DNA from: an uncultured Chloroflexia bacterium
Lineage (GTDB): Bacteria; Chloroflexota; Limnocylindria; Limnocylindrales; CSP1-4
Direction of reading: 5' to 3'
Assembly (NCBI GenBank): GCA_963763775.1
Contig: CAVXPZ010000004.1
Coordinates: forward strand, 352,001-416,000
Length of the DNA stretch: 64,000 nt
In this document: piece by piece, positions 28,507 to 39,059 of the stretch
Layout of the letters: each line of letters opens with the position of its first letter
Position numbering within the stretch: position 1 is the first letter of the stretch
Made by a program: the position numbers and the translations under genes
Notes under the pieces: generated by a model
What the model saw: only the letters and a program-made list of their open reading frames with translations
Told to the model about the DNA's origin: nothing
Databases searched by the model: none

Positions 28507-29739
28507 GTGGCCCGACCTGCCGTCGTCGTCGCCCTGCCGAAGGGCGAGTCCAGCCCGGTCGTTTCCGAGCTGGCCGACGCCGGGTTCGAAGCCCTCGAGG
28601 TCGGCACCCCCGCCGACCTCGAAGCCGTCCTGTCGTCGCGCACCGACGTCGGCGTCGCCATCCTCGATGGCGAGACCGACTTCGACGAATCCCTCGAGTA
28701 CTACAGCGTCCTCCACGATGGCGGCCGGTCGATCCCGGCGCTCATGGTCGTGTCGCCGCGCTCGTTCGACCGCCTGGTCACCGGGGCCAGGGAGACGGCC
28801 GAGGACGAGTACCTGACCCGCCCCTACTCCGCCGAGTCCATCCGCTGGCGGATCGAGGCGATGTGCATCCGTAGCCAGACCGTCGACGACGGCAGCGGGC
28901 CCGTCCTCCAGAACGGCGCCATCACCCTCGAGGGTTGGAGCCGCCGCGCGACGATCGTGGTCGTCTTCAACCCCAAGGGCGGCGTCGGCAAGACGACCAT
29001 CGCGACGAACCTCGCGTCGGCGCTCCAGATCCGCCGCGGGCGCAATGTCCTCCTCGTCGATGCCGACACCGTGACCGGCCACGTGACGACGTCCCTCGGG
29101 ATCGAGGCCGTGCGGACCGTCGCCGACAGCTGGCGCGACGAAGCCGAAGGCGGCTCGATCGAGACGCTCACCGAGATCGCGGCGGCGCACGCCTCCGGGA
29201 TGCGCGTGGTCTCGCTCACCGACTCGCCGCTCGAGACCGACATCCTGGACCCGGCCCGCGTCGCGGCCGAGATCCAGGCCGCGCGGACCGCCTATGACGT
29301 GATCGTCATCGACCTGCATCCGTCGTACAGCGACCTGAACCAGGCCATCTTCCAGATCGCCGACCGGATCATCGTGCCGGTCACCCCGGACGTGCCCGCG
29401 ATCCGCGCCGCCGTCCAGCTGCGCGACGTCGCGACGAATGACGGCTTCCGCGAGCGTCTCGCGATGGTCGTCAACCGCGCCAACAGCGGCGTGGGCGTCC
29501 AGGACATGGAGCGCACGGTCGGGATGCCGGCCCTCGCGCTGATCCGCTCGGGCGGCCTGCTCTTCGTCCGCGCCGCCAACGAGGGCCGGACGGTCATCGA
29601 GATGTTTCCCAAGGAGCGCATCACGGCCGACTTCGATGCCCTCGCCGACGCCCTCTTCGGCATCACGCCGACGGCGGGCGTGCCCGCGAAGCCGGGGCTG
29701 CGGCTGTTCGCCCGCCAGAAGGAAGCCGTCAGCGCCTGA
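28507..29739 (+). CDS. Atypical receiver domain + MinD/ParA/CpaE-family ATPase
   Basis: VAILD..EYLTRPY receiver; deviant Walker A PKGGVGKTT; LLVDAD, YDVIVID and VVNR. Confidence 0.85.
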   Translation: MARPAVVVALPKGESSPVVSELADAGFEALEVGTPADLEAVLSSRTDVGVAILDGETDFDESLEYYSVLHDGGRSIPALMVVSPRSFDRLVTGARETAEDEYLTRPYSAESIRWRIEAMCIRSQTVDDGSGPVLQNGAITLEGWSRRATIVVVFNPKGGVGKTTIATNLASALQIRRGRNVLLVDADTVTGHVTTSLGIEAVRTVADSWRDEAEGGSIETLTEIAAAHASGMRVVSLTDSPLETDILDPARVAAEIQAARTAYDVIVIDLHPSYSDLNQAIFQIADRIIVPVTPDVPAIRAAVQLRDVATNDGFRERLAMVVNRANSGVGVQDMERTVGMPALALIRSGGLLFVRAANEGRTVIEMFPKERITADFDALADALFGITPTAGVPAKPGLRLFARQKEAVSA

Positions 29740-29784
29740 CGCGAACGCGCGTCGGACCGCCGGCCGCGCACCGGCACGGTCGAG

Positions 29785-30487
29785 CTAGGACTCCTCGGAC
29801 TCGGGCCCCTTCGACTCGGACCAGCCGACATTCCCGGGGCTTCCCGCGGTCAGGCCCGGGATCGGCTCCGGCTTGTCGCCCGTGGCACGATCCACCTGCT
29901 CGACGCCGCGCAGGTAGAAGCGGTTGATCAGGATGTCGTTGACCCCGTTCGTCTCGATGTCGACGCCGCCGAGCGAGGCCCGCGCATCGACGACCGGCAG
30001 GAACATCTCGCTCGAGCGATCCAGGAGCCTCGCAGGCTCGGACCCCGGGAAGAGGAAGACCGTCCCGATGACGCGGAACGGCGGCGCCTCCAGGGAGAGG
30101 TCGTAGCTGACCTTGTGGATCTTGTGGGCGTTCTTCTCCGCGTCGGTCATCTCGGGGAGGGACCCCTGCCCCGCGATCACGATGATCAGGTCGTACGGGT
30201 CGATGCTCTTGAGGCCCGGCGCATCGCTCAACGCGGACGAGCCGTCGATCGGCCCCCACTGGACGTCGCTGATGGCGATCGGCTCCCGCTTGTTGAGCGC
30301 ATCGGAGAGCCGACCCTCGACGGCCATCCGGCCGACCAGGTGCCATTCCTCGCTGAACCCGTCGAAGGTGTGACCTCGACCGGCTGCGGCGGCCTCCGGC
30401 GCGGGGCCGGCCGCGCCCGACGCGCTCGCCGGGCGCGACGGCATCGGCCGTGTCGTCCTTCTTGCGCTTCAGGAAGTCGAATGGCAC
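29785..30487 (-). CDS. Hypothetical protein (probable frameshift at about 30445)
   Basis: GTG at 30487 directly after the acs stop, with GGAGG (MPFDFLKRKK...); body in ORF 29785..30444. Confidence 0.65.
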
Positions 30488-30488
30488 G

Positions 30489-32465
30489 TCATTCCTCCGC
30501 GGAGCCCGAATTGGTCCGGATCGTGTCGACGACGTTCGTGTCGGCGAGCGTGGTCGTGTCGCCGAGACTACGACCCTCCGCGATGTCCCGCAGGAGCCGC
30601 CGCATGATCTTGCCGGAGCGCGTCTTGGGCAGGTCCGGGGTGAACATGAGGAACTTGGGCTTCGCGATCGGCCCGATGACCTTTGCGACATGCTCGCGCA
30701 GCTCGGCCGCGAGCTCGGCGTTGGCTTCGACCCCGACCTTCGGGATGACGAACGCGAAGATCGCCTGGCCGGTGATCGGGTCGTTCTTGCCGACGACCGC
30801 GGCCTCGGCGACGGTCGGGTCGTCGACCAGCGCCGACTCCACCTCGATCGTGCTGATGCGGTGGCCGGACACGTTCATGACGTCGTCGACCCGGCCGAGC
30901 AGCCAGAGGTAGCCGTCCGAGTCGCGCTTGGCGCCGTCGCCGGCGAAGTACATCCCCGGGAAGCGGCTCCAGTACGTCTGCTTGTACCGCTCCGGGTCGC
31001 CGTAGATGCCGCGGAGCATCGCCGGCCAGGGTCGCTTCAGGACGAGGTAGCCGCCCCCGCCGAACGGCACGGAGACCCCGTCGCCATCCACGACGTCCGC
31101 GGCGATCCCCGGGAACGGGAACGTCGCCGATCCGGGCTTGGTGGTGGTCACGCCGGGCAGCGGGGTGATCAGGATCATCCCGGTCTCGGTCTGCCACCAC
31201 GTGTCCACGATCGGCGTACGGCTGGCGCCGATGTGCTCGTGGTACCAGAGCCAGGCCTCGGGGTTGATGGGCTCCCCGACCGAGCCCAGGACGCGGAGCG
31301 ATGACAGGTCGTGCGCCTCCGCGTACTGCGGGCCCTGCTTCATGTGGGCGCGGATGGCGGTCGGGGCGCAGTACAGGATCGAGACCTTGTAGTCCTCGAT
31401 GATCTGCCACCACCGGCTCCAGTCCGGCGTGTCGGGCGTGCCTTCGTAGAGCACGCTGGTGGTGGCGTTCGCGAGCGGGCCGTACACGATGTAGCTGTGG
31501 CCCGTGACCCACCCGACATCGGCGGCGCACCAGTAGACGTCGTCGGGCTTGACGTCGAAGACCATCTCGTGGGTGTAGCTCGCGCCGAGGAGGTAGCCCG
31601 CGGTCGTGTGCATGATGCCCTTGGGCTTCGCCGTGGTCCCCGAGGTGTAGAGCAGGTACAGCATGTGCTCCGAATCGAGGGGCTCCGCCGGGCAGTCGTC
31701 GGGCTGGCGGTCGACGATGTCGTGCCACCAGACGTCACGGCCGTCGGTCATCGCGGTGCCGCCCTCGAGCGCCTCGCCGACTCGCCGCACGACGAGCACG
31801 TGGTCGATCGAGGGCGTGGTCTCGAGAGCCTCGTCCACCGCCGGCTTGAGAGCGGCGGCCTTGCCACGCCGCCAGCCGCCGTCCGCGGTGATCACCAGCT
31901 TGGCCTGCGCATCGTTGATCCGGTCCGACAGCGCCTCGGCGCTGAACCCGCCGAACACCACGGTGTGCGGCGCCCCGAGCCGGGCGCAGGCCAGCATCGC
32001 GATCGGCAGCTCCGGGATCATCGGCATGTAGATCGCGACGCGGTCGCCGGTGCCCACGCCGAGCTCCTTGAGCGCATTGGCCGTGCGGCTCACCTCGCGG
32101 AGGAGGTCGGCGAACGTCAGCGTCCGCGTGTCCCCGGGCTCGCCGATCCAGTGGTACGCGACCTTGTCCCCGAGGCCGTTCGCGACGTGGCGGTCGAGGC
32201 AGTTGTAGCTGATGTTCAGCTTCCCGCCGGTGAACCACTTGGCGAACGGGAGGTCCCACTCCAGCGTCGTGTGGAAGGGCTCGAACCAGTCGATCCGCTC
32301 GCGCGCCAGGCGCGCCCAGAACGCCTCGTAGTCCGCCTCGGCCTCGAGGTAGAGGTCGCCCGTCGCATTCGCCTGCGCGACGAAGGCGGGGTCCGGCGGG
32401 AAGGTGCGGTTCTCGTCGAGAAGGTTCTCGATCTCCGGCGAGGGTTGGGACGGCTCGACGGTCAC
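30489..32465 (-). CDS. acs: Acetyl-CoA synthetase
   Basis: [25 protein letters not shown] and [11 protein letters not shown]. Confidence 0.96.
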   Translation of the reverse strand: MTVEPSQPSPEIENLLDENRTFPPDPAFVAQANATGDLYLEAEADYEAFWARLARERIDWFEPFHTTLEWDLPFAKWFTGGKLNISYNCLDRHVANGLGDKVAYHWIGEPGDTRTLTFADLLREVSRTANALKELGVGTGDRVAIYMPMIPELPIAMLACARLGAPHTVVFGGFSAEALSDRINDAQAKLVITADGGWRRGKAAALKPAVDEALETTPSIDHVLVVRRVGEALEGGTAMTDGRDVWWHDIVDRQPDDCPAEPLDSEHMLYLLYTSGTTAKPKGIMHTTAGYLLGASYTHEMVFDVKPDDVYWCAADVGWVTGHSYIVYGPLANATTSVLYEGTPDTPDWSRWWQIIEDYKVSILYCAPTAIRAHMKQGPQYAEAHDLSSLRVLGSVGEPINPEAWLWYHEHIGASRTPIVDTWWQTETGMILITPLPGVTTTKPGSATFPFPGIAADVVDGDGVSVPFGGGGYLVLKRPWPAMLRGIYGDPERYKQTYWSRFPGMYFAGDGAKRDSDGYLWLLGRVDDVMNVSGHRISTIEVESALVDDPTVAEAAVVGKNDPITGQAIFAFVIPKVGVEANAELAAELREHVAKVIGPIAKPKFLMFTPDLPKTRSGKIMRRLLRDIAEGRSLGDTTTLADTNVVDTIRTNSGSAEE

Positions 32466-32593
32466 AGGGCCCTCCGATCGTTCGACGCTGGAGTCGCCAT
32501 TCTAGCCAGCCTCCACACCCGCGACCGCGTGGGTACCATGGTCGGGCGTGAGCCCGCCCTCCCCGCGGGCCAGGCGTCACAGGAGACACCACC

Positions 32594-33142
32594 ATGGCCG
32601 ACCAGGGACATCGCCTCTTCGTGCTCGGGTATCCCGACGCGGCCCTCGCGGAAGCCGCGGTCGCCGAGCTGGAACAGCTCTCGCATGACGGGTTCCTGCG
32701 CGACATCGACTGGGCCATCGTCACCAAGGACGCCGATGGCCACGTGACGTCACGCGAGACGACGGACGCGGACGCCGGTCCGGCGAAAGGGGCCGTCGCG
32801 GGCGGCGTGGCCGGAGCCCTGATCGCGGTGATGGCCGGGCCGATCGGGATCGCGGGCGTGGCGGTGGCCGCCGGGGCCGGCGCCGTCGTCGCGGCCCTGC
32901 ACGACAGCGGGTTCAAGGACAAGGACCTGACCGCGGTCTCGGACCTGATGCAGCCGGGCCGCACGGTCCTGCTCATGGACGTCAAGCCCGAGTACGTCGA
33001 CAAGATGCGCAGCGCCCTCACCGACGTGCCCGAGTTCGTCGCGGCCGACCGCCGGCTCGAGTCACCGGTCGACGGCGCCTCCGGGAACCTGCTCCGGGCC
33101 GCCGTGGCGGACTACAAGGCCCAGGGACCCGCCGGCGCATGA
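32594..33142 (+). CDS. DUF1269-like membrane protein
   Basis: AGGAG SD; GAVAGGVAGALI glycine-zipper hydrophobic hairpin and LMQPG motif. Confidence 0.7.
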   Translation: MADQGHRLFVLGYPDAALAEAAVAELEQLSHDGFLRDIDWAIVTKDADGHVTSRETTDADAGPAKGAVAGGVAGALIAVMAGPIGIAGVAVAAGAGAVVAALHDSGFKDKDLTAVSDLMQPGRTVLLMDVKPEYVDKMRSALTDVPEFVAADRRLESPVDGASGNLLRAAVADYKAQGPAGA

Positions 33143-33178
33143 CCCGCGCCATCGACCGCGGCTAGAGCCCGGTCGCGG

Positions 33179-34093
33179 CTACTCGTCGGGGAGGAGGTCC
33201 TCCTCGGTCGGCCCGGTCCCCGGTTCCCGCGTGAGCACGACCCGCTGGGGCCGCGGGATCTCGATGCCGTTCGCCTGGAAGGCCGCCAGGAGGCGCTTGC
33301 GGAGCTCGCCCGCGGCCGCCCACTGGTCTGGGGCCCGCACCGTGCCGAGGATCTTGAGCGTCACGCCGTACTCCGCGAGCGCCTCGACGCGCTCCACGTG
33401 CGGCGCCTCCATGACGCGCCGCTTCCATGCCGGGTCGGCGGCCATGTCCCGGCCGACCGTGTCCACCACGCCGATGGCCCGGTCCATGTCCGTGCCGTAC
33501 GCGACCGTCACGTCCTGGTTGATGCGCGACCAGACGCGGGTCAGATTGGACGCGACCTTGATCTCGCCGTTGGGGACGGTGTGGACGACGCCGTCGATGT
33601 CGCGCAGGGTCGTCCGGCGCAGCGTGAAGTCCTCGACGGTGCCCGCCACGCCGCCGATGCGGACGACGTCGCCCTTCGCGAACTGGTTCTCGATGAGGAT
33701 CAGCGACCCGTTGAGGTAGTCGCGGACCAGGCTCTGCGCGCCGAAACCCACCGCGATCCCGACGACGCCCAGGCCGGCGACGGCCGGCCCGATGTCGATC
33801 CCGACCTGGCCCAGGACCATCAGTCCGGCGATCACGACGATGAAGAACTGGAGCGTGCCGCCGAGCAGGCCGTCCAGGGTCGTCATCCGCTTGTTGAGCT
33901 CGACCGAGCTGAGCTCCTGGGCCGTGCCCTCGGTCGCCTCTCGGTCGAGCAGCGTCTTGACGACGCCGTGCACGAAGACCCGCGTCAGCCGCACCGCGAT
34001 GAGCGCGCCGACGATGATGAGCAGGACCGGGAGCAGCTCGGTGCGAGCGGTCTGGATCCACTCGCTCCAGGGCTTCGAGGTGAGGTCAGGCAT
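33179..34093 (-). CDS. Small-conductance mechanosensitive channel (MscS family)
   Basis: GFGAQSLVRD, ENQFAKGD, LRRTTLRD and VPNGEI. Confidence 0.92.
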   Translation of the reverse strand: MPDLTSKPWSEWIQTARTELLPVLLIIVGALIAVRLTRVFVHGVVKTLLDREATEGTAQELSSVELNKRMTTLDGLLGGTLQFFIVVIAGLMVLGQVGIDIGPAVAGLGVVGIAVGFGAQSLVRDYLNGSLILIENQFAKGDVVRIGGVAGTVEDFTLRRTTLRDIDGVVHTVPNGEIKVASNLTRVWSRINQDVTVAYGTDMDRAIGVVDTVGRDMAADPAWKRRVMEAPHVERVEALAEYGVTLKILGTVRAPDQWAAAGELRKRLLAAFQANGIEIPRPQRVVLTREPGTGPTEEDLLPDE

Positions 34094-34973
34094 CGGCCGC
34101 CGGCGCCGGGGCGGTGGGGTCCGCGACGCGGATCCGCTGCGCGGTCACGAGCTCGATCCCCTCGGCCGTGAGGGCCGCCACCACGCGCTGGCGGAACTCC
34201 CCGTTGAGCCGGAACCGTTCGCTCGCCCGGATGCGACCGCTGACGAGCAGGCGGACCCCGGACGCGTCGACCCCGTTGACGCGGAGCATGGCGGGGGCGT
34301 CGAGGACGAAGTGGCCGTCGACCGGGTCGGCCGCGAACCTCTCGCCGGCGGCGTCGATGATCCGCCGCGCGTCGTCGACGCGGTTCGCGTCGACGATCCC
34401 GATCTCGAACCGGATGCGCGACCAGACACGCGTCTGGTTGATCGCCACGCGGATCTCGCCGTTCGGGACGGTGATCAGGTCACCGGCCTCGTCACGCAGA
34501 GTCGTCCGGCGCAGGCTGATCGTCTCCACCTCGCCGCTCGCTCCGGCGATCGTCACCCAGTCGCCGATCCCGAACTGGTTCTCGAGCACGATGATCATGC
34601 CGCCGACGTAGTCGCGGACGACATCCTGGGCCACGAAGGCCATGCCCGCCACCACCACGGCCAGCACCAGCACCACCGACGTCAGCCCGAGCTCGACCAG
34701 CACGGCCAGCGTCGCGAACGTGACGATGACCAGGCGGAGCAGCCAGTCCACGAGCCAGGTGATGGTGTCGACGCGTTTCTGGGTCTCCGCGAGGGTCATC
34801 TCGCGGGTCTCGTCGTCAACGTCGGTCGGCTGGACCCTCCGGATGATGACCGGGAGGACGAACCGCTGGGCGATCCGCAGGATCAGATACGCGATGACCG
34901 CGACGATGAGGATCGACAGCGCGGATGCCGCGACCGTGCCGATCGCGTTCGTGAGGTCTTCGGAGCTGGGCAT
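34086..34973 (-). CDS. Small-conductance mechanosensitive channel (MscS family), paralog
   Basis: AQDVVRD, ENQFGIGD, LRRTTLRD and VPNGEI. Confidence 0.9.
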   Translation of the reverse strand: MPSSEDLTNAIGTVAASALSILIVAVIAYLILRIAQRFVLPVIIRRVQPTDVDDETREMTLAETQKRVDTITWLVDWLLRLVIVTFATLAVLVELGLTSVVLVLAVVVAGMAFVAQDVVRDYVGGMIIVLENQFGIGDWVTIAGASGEVETISLRRTTLRDEAGDLITVPNGEIRVAINQTRVWSRIRFEIGIVDANRVDDARRIIDAAGERFAADPVDGHFVLDAPAMLRVNGVDASGVRLLVSGRIRASERFRLNGEFRQRVVAALTAEGIELVTAQRIRVADPTAPAPAADA

Positions 34974-35019
34974 CGATACAGCCTAGCGCCCGCGGCGGCT
35001 GTGGCGCGGGAAGGCCCGG

Positions 35020-35790
35020 TCAGGCCGCGGCGCCACCAAGGCGGATCGAGATGGCTGCGGCGGCCTCGCGAGCCTGGGCTGCGAGCTCCGGGACGCGGCG
35101 CGGGGTCAGGCGAAACGCTGGACCCCAGATGTCGACCGCCGCGATGACATTGCCGCGCGCGTCGTGGACAGGCGCGGCGACCGCGTTGAGCCCGAGCTCG
35201 TACTCGCCGATCGCGGTGGCATAGCCGCGGCGACGGATCCGGGCCAGCTCCTCGAGGAGCGGTTCGAGCTCGGTGATGGTCCGTTCCGTGTACGACACGA
35301 GACCGCGCCGGACGATGCGGAGGACCTCGCGCTCGGCCAGGGCCGCGAGCAGGACCTTGCCGGTGGCGACGCAGTGCAGCGGTGTCGAGCGACCCGTCCA
35401 GTCGCCGACGGCGATGAGGTTCGGGCCATCGACCTGGGCGACGGCCAGCATCGACTCGCCGTCGAGGATCCCGAGCCCGGTGGTCTCGTGGGTCAGCCGG
35501 GCCAACCGCTCGAGCTCGGGCATCGCGATCCCCCGCAGGTCGAGCGTGCGCTCGGCGCGTTCGGCGAGCCGGATCACGACGAGGCCGAGCCGGTACTTGC
35601 CGGTCTCGCCGTCCTGTTCGACGAGCCCGCGTCGCTGCAGCGTCGCGAGGAGCCGCGAGGCCGTGGACTTGTGCAGTCCGAGTCGCCGCGCGAGCTCGGT
35701 GACCCCGGCCTCGCCCTGGCTCTCGCCGAGTGCGAGGAGGAGGGCGGCCGCCCGATCGACCGACCGGACCGCGTTGCCGTCAAGGACCAT
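35020..35790 (-). CDS. IclR family transcriptional regulator
   Basis: SVDRA..GVTELARRLGLHKSTASRLL HTH; PLHCVATGK; RRRGYA. Confidence 0.92.
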   Translation of the reverse strand: MVLDGNAVRSVDRAAALLLALGESQGEAGVTELARRLGLHKSTASRLLATLQRRGLVEQDGETGKYRLGLVVIRLAERAERTLDLRGIAMPELERLARLTHETTGLGILDGESMLAVAQVDGPNLIAVGDWTGRSTPLHCVATGKVLLAALAEREVLRIVRRGLVSYTERTITELEPLLEELARIRRRGYATAIGEYELGLNAVAAPVHDARGNVIAAVDIWGPAFRLTPRRVPELAAQAREAAAAISIRLGGAAA

Positions 35791-35807
35791 CGATGCTCCG
35801 ATCCAGC

Positions 35808-37208
35808 TCAGCCGGCGCCCGGCGACGACATGCCGCCGTGCGGCGTCGGGGCCGCGGCGTGATGCGCGCGGTCCTCGAGGGCGGCGTCGAGCGAGTCCGA
35901 GAACGCCGTCAGCACGCGATCGATGATGTCCTCGGTCGCGTGCGCCTCGCACATGAACCACGGCTCGCGGGAGTCAGGTTCCGGCATCGCGCCGCGCGCG
36001 TGCATGCCGATGGCGATCGCGTCGTACAGCTCGTGGTCCGTGGTGGCCCAGTCGCGGTACTCGCTCGCCTCCTCCTCGCGGAACATGATCCCGAACATCG
36101 CCGGGTGTCCCGTGAAGTGGTAGGCGAGGCCCTTCGGGTTGAGGATCTCCGTGAGGCCCGCCTGGAGGCGGCGCCCGGTCGCGTGGACCGTCTCGAGGGC
36201 GTTCGTCTCCTTGAGGATCGTGAGCGTCTTCACCGCGGCCGCCGCCGCCACGCGGTTGCCGGCGTACGTGCCGCCGTGGCTGACCTTGTCGGGCAGCATC
36301 TCCATGACTTCGCGCCGGCCGCCGAACGCGGCCGCCGGGTAGCCGTTGCCCATCGCCTTCGCATACGTCGCGAGGTCGGGCGTGATCCCGAAGAACTCCG
36401 CCGCGCCGCCGCGGGCGAACCGGAAGCCGGTCTTGACCTCGTCGAAGATCAGGAGGATCCCGAATTCCTCGGTCAGGGCCCGCATGGCCTGATGGAACCC
36501 GGGCTTGGGCATGATGCCCTGGGCATTGCCGAGGACGGGCTCCACGATGATGGCCGCGATCTCGTGGCCCTGGCGCTCGAAGATCTTGCGCAGGGCGTCG
36601 ATGTCGTTGTAGCGCGCCGGGATGATCGTGTCGGCGACGGCTCCGGGGATCCCGCGGCCCCAGGCGAGCGCGACGGGCGCATCCGCGTCACCGAGCTCGG
36701 ACATGTCGTCCGGTCCGACGCTGATCAGCGCGTAGTCATGGACGCCGTGGTACTGGCCCTCGAACTTCACGATCTTCTCGCGGCCGGTGAAGGCGCGGGC
36801 GACGCGCATCGCGTGCATCGTCGCCTCGGTGCCGGACACGGTCAGCCGCGCCATGTCGACCCAGCCGGTGAGCTCGCAGAGGAGCTCGATCGCGCGGACC
36901 TCGTCCTCGCTCGTCAGGCTGAAACTGACCCCCTGGCGCATCCGCTCGTTGACGTAGTCGTCGACGCGCGCGTCGCCGTGCCCGAGGATGACCGGGCCGT
37001 AGCCCATCCGCAGGTCGACGTACTCGTTGCCGTCGTAGTCCCAGACCAGCCCGCCCTGGCCGCGATCGACGTAGATCGTGTCCTTGCCCCACGACCGGAA
37101 ATTGGAGTCCGCGCCGCCGGGCATGTGCCGCATCGCGCGCTCGTACATCTCGAGCTGGCGTCGACGATCGAGGGTCGGGGTCGTCTGGGCGGCGGGCTCG
37201 GTGGCCAT
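35808..37208 (-). CDS. Class III PLP aminotransferase (GSAM-like, not canonical HemL)
   Basis: SGTEA, FEGQYHG, FDEVKTGFR and AKAMGNG. Confidence 0.85.
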   Translation of the reverse strand: MATEPAAQTTPTLDRRRQLEMYERAMRHMPGGADSNFRSWGKDTIYVDRGQGGLVWDYDGNEYVDLRMGYGPVILGHGDARVDDYVNERMRQGVSFSLTSEDEVRAIELLCELTGWVDMARLTVSGTEATMHAMRVARAFTGREKIVKFEGQYHGVHDYALISVGPDDMSELGDADAPVALAWGRGIPGAVADTIIPARYNDIDALRKIFERQGHEIAAIIVEPVLGNAQGIMPKPGFHQAMRALTEEFGILLIFDEVKTGFRFARGGAAEFFGITPDLATYAKAMGNGYPAAAFGGRREVMEMLPDKVSHGGTYAGNRVAAAAAVKTLTILKETNALETVHATGRRLQAGLTEILNPKGLAYHFTGHPAMFGIMFREEEASEYRDWATTDHELYDAIAIGMHARGAMPEPDSREPWFMCEAHATEDIIDRVLTAFSDSLDAALEDRAHHAAAPTPHGGMSSPGAG

Positions 37209-37341
37209 GAGGTCCTCATCGTTCGGGTTGGGCCGGCCCGGTCCGTGGGACGCCGGTTGCGTGGAGTGGGACGGGCGGCCGCCATCGTGCCATAGCCACG
37301 CTGTGGGCGTCAACGCGACATTCGTCGTGACGGAGGGCCTG

Positions 37342-37362
37342 CACGTGCGAATCCCGCACGTG
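37342..37362. promoter_or_regulatory. Palindromic operator candidate between divergent genes
   Basis: Perfect inverted repeat CACGTGCG-N5-CGCACGTG; TTGACG-N18-CACGAT promoter on the minus strand at about 37284-37313. Confidence 0.4.
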
Positions 37363-37408
37363 TCCGGGCGACCGGCCACGGGATGCGTGCGCGTGGCACC
37401 ATGGCCGG

Positions 37409-38797
37409 GTGACCCTCCCGCACGAGCCGATCAGCTACTGGCTGCGAGCCGATGGCGAGCCGATGGATCCGCCGCCGCCCGACGGCGAGCGGATCGACGC
37501 GGACGTCGCGATCGTCGGTGGCGGGTTCACCGGGCTCTGGACGGCCATCGCCCTGACGGACACGGACCCGTCGCTGCGGGTGGTCGTGCTCGAGGCGGAG
37601 ACCGTCGCGTTCGGCGCGAGCGGCCGCAACGGCGGCTTCTGCGAGGCCAGCCTGACCCATGGACTCGCCAACGGGATCAGGCACTTCCCGGACGAGCTGG
37701 AGCGTCTCGAGACCGAGGGGATCGAGAACCTGCAGGGCCTCATCGCCTTCACCCGAGAGCACGGGATCGCCTGCGACCTCGAGGAGACCGGCACGCTCGG
37801 GCTCGCCGACCAGGCCTACCAGGTCGACGAGTTCCGGGCGTGGGTCGACGAGGCGGCGGACTGGGGTGAGCACCTCGAGTTCCTGGACCGCGACGCGGTG
37901 CAGGCTGAGGTCCACTCGCCGATCTGGCACGCGGGGCTCTACCGGCCGCCGGGCCGCGACATCCTCGTGGACCCGGCGAAGCTGTGCCGCGGCGTCGCCC
38001 GGGTCGCGCGGTCCCGCGGCGTCCGGATCCACGAGCACACCCGGGTGTCCGGGCTCGAGCGCGTGGCCGGCGGTGTCCTGGTCCGCACCGGTGCCGGCGC
38101 CACGATCCGAGCGGACCACGTGGTGGTCGGGACCTCGGCGTATTCCGGCTGGCTGCGACGCCTCTCGCCGCTCTTCGTGCCCGTCTACGACTACGTCCTG
38201 GTGTCGGACCCGCTGACACCCGACGAGCGGCGCTCGATCGGCTGGGCGCGCCGCCAGGGCCTGTCCGACTCGAACAACCAGTTCCACTACTTCCGGCTCA
38301 CGGCGGACGACCGCATCCTGTGGGGCGGCTACGACGCCGTGCACTACTTCGGGAGCAAGGTGGACCCCTCGCTCGACGGGCGGCCGGCCACGTTCGAGAA
38401 GCTCGAGGCCCAGTTCTTCCGGGCGTTCCCGCAGCTCGAAGGCCTCCGGTTCCCGTACCGCTGGGGCGGGCCGATCGACACGACCTCGCGGTTCACGGTC
38501 ACCTTCGGACAGACGATGGGCGGCCGGGTGACCTACGCCCTCGGCTACACGGGCCTCGGGGTCGGGGCGAGCCGGTGGGCCGGTGGCGTCGTCCGCGACT
38601 TCCTCCTGCGCCCCGCCGAGGACCGCCTCCAGCTCCGCATCGTCCGCAGCGCCCCGGTCCCGTTCCCGCCCGAGCCGCTGCGCTCCGTGACGATCGACGT
38701 GGTCCGCCGCGAGCTCGACCGAGCCGACCGCGAGGACGGACGGCGCGGCCTCCTGCTGCGGACCCTCGACGCGCTCGGGATCGGCTTCGACTCCTGA
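37409..38797 (+). CDS. FAD-dependent oxidoreductase (DAO/PuuB-like)
   Basis: SYW, GGGFTGLWTA, GASGRNGG, WGG and GYTGLGV. Confidence 0.9.
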   Translation: MTLPHEPISYWLRADGEPMDPPPPDGERIDADVAIVGGGFTGLWTAIALTDTDPSLRVVVLEAETVAFGASGRNGGFCEASLTHGLANGIRHFPDELERLETEGIENLQGLIAFTREHGIACDLEETGTLGLADQAYQVDEFRAWVDEAADWGEHLEFLDRDAVQAEVHSPIWHAGLYRPPGRDILVDPAKLCRGVARVARSRGVRIHEHTRVSGLERVAGGVLVRTGAGATIRADHVVVGTSAYSGWLRRLSPLFVPVYDYVLVSDPLTPDERRSIGWARRQGLSDSNNQFHYFRLTADDRILWGGYDAVHYFGSKVDPSLDGRPATFEKLEAQFFRAFPQLEGLRFPYRWGGPIDTTSRFTVTFGQTMGGRVTYALGYTGLGVGASRWAGGVVRDFLLRPAEDRLQLRIVRSAPVPFPPEPLRSVTIDVVRRELDRADREDGRRGLLLRTLDALGIGFDS

Positions 38798-39059
38798 CCC
38801 TCGCCCGGCGCGAGCGCGGACAGGACTTCCGGCACCCCGCTGCGGTCCCATCGGATGCCGACGACGCGAAACGATCGACGCCACGATGGCCTCGACCAGG
38901 ACGGAAGGTCGGCCGCGCCCGGCGCTGACGGGATCAGCCGACGCGGGCATCCGGACCAACGCGAGATCGGTCGCGGACCGGCACCGTCCTTCCGGAACAG
39001 GACAGCGCCATGCGGACGCCGGCATCGGGGACGGACATCCATCGACGGGAGGACACGCG

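Noticed and set aside
35808-37208. hemL
   Set aside because: HemL signature residues are altered and the context is catabolic, with no hem genes
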